DNA of 64,000 bases, from the IMG/VR virus record IMGVR_UViG_3300017613_002261. One strand, written 5' to 3'. This DNA is from a virus. Below, piece by piece: positions 63,041 to 64,000 of the stretch. Within the stretch, counting starts at the first letter, position 1, and the number at the start of each line of letters is the position of its first letter. The notes beneath the pieces are model-generated. The model made no database searches. It saw nothing but the letters and a program-made list of their open reading frames with translations, and was not told the DNA's origin. The position numbers and the translations under genes are program-made.

Positions 63041-63550
63041 TTATTTTCCTGTAAGCATTCTCTTATAAATATCTAGAATCGAGTACATCTTAACGTCTTT
63101 AAGAACTTTCTTAACTAAATCGTCAAACCACATAGCAAAAGGGGAGATGAAGTAATATGCGATAGAATTCTTAAGACATATGAGACCTTTGAAATTCAGT
63201 AATTCTTCTGAATAATCCCAAAAAGGCATTTTAAAACCTTTTATTAGAATAAAGCCAGTAATAAGTTCTATTGAATCAATAAATATCACAGCTAGAATAG
63301 CCATAACTGCTATTGGCAACTTTGATGACCACTTCCATTCGTTTAAATATCCTATAAAAATACCTGCTACGCCGCCTATAGGAATCATCCATAAAGATGT
63401 CCAAGATACAAAAGAAGAAAAAGTAATTGGATGTCTGTGAATAATCATACCTACTAAATCTCCTCTAGGCGCCCTAAAGAAGAGTTCTAATAAGAGATAA
63501 CAGCATCCCACGGTAATAAATAATATAACAAATCTTAAAAATCTTTTCAT
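63041..63550 (-). CDS. polytopic membrane protein
   Basis: 169-aa ORF with 4-5 TM helices. Confidence 0.5.
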   Translation of the reverse strand: MKRFLRFVILFITVGCCYLLLELFFRAPRGDLVGMIIHRHPITFSSFVSWTSLWMIPIGGVAGIFIGYLNEWKWSSKLPIAVMAILAVIFIDSIELITGFILIKGFKMPFWDYSEELLNFKGLICLKNSIAYYFISPFAMWFDDLVKKVLKDVKMYSILDIYKRMLTGK

Positions 63551-63578
63551 AATAACCCCCTATTTTATATATAAAAGA

Positions 63579-63776
63579 TTATCTATTTTGATGTATCTCA
63601 TCCAGGATAGATGAATTTACTTGAGATAATATATCTAAAAAATATTCATCATTGTCAAAAAGCATGTCACCACTCTCCAGAAATTCATATATTTGATCTG
63701 ATAAATCTGTATTAAGAAAAGATAAAGAAGCGATATTTGATAAAAGAGATTTGACCTCTTTCAAAGTACTTGCCAT
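63579..63776 (-). CDS. small acidic hypothetical protein
   Basis: 65-aa ORF. Confidence 0.45.
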   Translation of the reverse strand: MASTLKEVKSLLSNIASLSFLNTDLSDQIYEFLESGDMLFDNDEYFLDILSQVNSSILDEIHQNR

Positions 63777-63783
63777 AATAACC

Positions 63784-64000
63784 TCAATAATTCCTAAAAA
63801 ATAAACCTATAAATACTTTATGCACGGACTTCTTAAAGTCAATACCCGTATTTATATCATAATAGTATAAATACGAAACTTTAAATCCAATAAAATCAGG
63901 GATTTTAAAAATTAAACTTACATCTGAGTCTATAATAAAAGAGGAAAAATCGTACGGAATTGGCTTATAGAAAATCGTCCATGTAATATTAGCATTCCGA
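63784..64000 (-). CDS. hypothetical protein, C-terminal part only (5' end beyond window end)
   Basis: The frame is open from 63999 down to TGA at 63784-63786 (…ITWTIFYKPIPYDFSSFIIDSD…FFRNY). Confidence 0.4.
   Translation of the reverse strand, partial: RNANITWTIFYKPIPYDFSSFIIDSDVSLIFKIPDFIGFKVSYLYYYDINTGIDFKKSVHKVFIGLFFRNY

Noticed and set aside
1-64000. Genome-wide TAG (or other stop) reassignment as the explanation for the ORF-free regions.
   Set aside because: Many long, motif-bearing genes end naturally at TAG, often followed within 1-2 codons by TAA (for example 584-943 and 2386-2568). The 8077-10001 block has stops of all three kinds in every frame. Only isolated TAG-interrupted mini-ORFs remain unexplained.
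1-64000. CRISPR arrays, integrase/transposase genes, prophage att sites, and reverse transcriptase/retron or DGR components.
   Set aside because: None of the repeats has a repeat-spacer architecture. No ORF shows integrase, transposase or RT (YxDD) motifs by eye.

Overview
AT-rich 64-kb segment (about one-third G+C by eye) that looks like part of a large virulent dsDNA phage genome. Every credible gene (about 105) is on the minus strand, in a tight head-to-tail array with many ATGA/TAATG start-stop overlaps and AGGAG-type ribosome binding sites. The plus-strand ORFs in the track look like antisense shadows. Recognisable content: (1) DNA repair and recombination: endonuclease IV, DenV-like glycosylase, Fpg/Nei homolog, SNF2 helicase, Cas4-like nuclease, SbcD with an SbcC split at its zinc hook, RecA-like ATPase, RuvC-like resolvase, clamp-like and HU-like proteins. 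(2) Nucleotide metabolism: ThyA, MazG/HisE-like NTP-PPase, OPRT-like PRTase, a truncated NAMPT. (3) Phosphoesterases and signal-nucleotide enzymes: two DHH proteins, HAD phosphatase, CYTH, SpoT-like HD hydrolase, MBL-fold hydrolase. (4) A 1041-aa fused radical-SAM protein, an amidoligase, and a peptide deformylase with no canonical start. (5) Cell-envelope enzymes (LCP, NodB deacetylase), a lysis cassette (Amidase_2, holin-like and spanin-like proteins), and many tiny zinc-ribbon proteins. Non-coding highlights: a roughly 2-kb ORF-free, G+C-enriched, helix-dense block (8077-10001) with T-loop/tRNA-like modules; a five-copy 65-nt intergenic element with a T7/SP6-like core and a covarying hairpin (candidate phage promoters); an iteron cluster that splits a conserved ORF (candidate origin); two smaller G+C-rich structured islands near thyA; several tandem repeats. 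There are signs of gene decay: RtcB and HNH remnants, a NAMPT fragment, frameshifted or TAG-interrupted small ORFs. I did not recognise any rRNA, canonical tRNA, CRISPR array, integrase or transposase. All functional calls rest on motifs read by eye from the translations. No database search was run.
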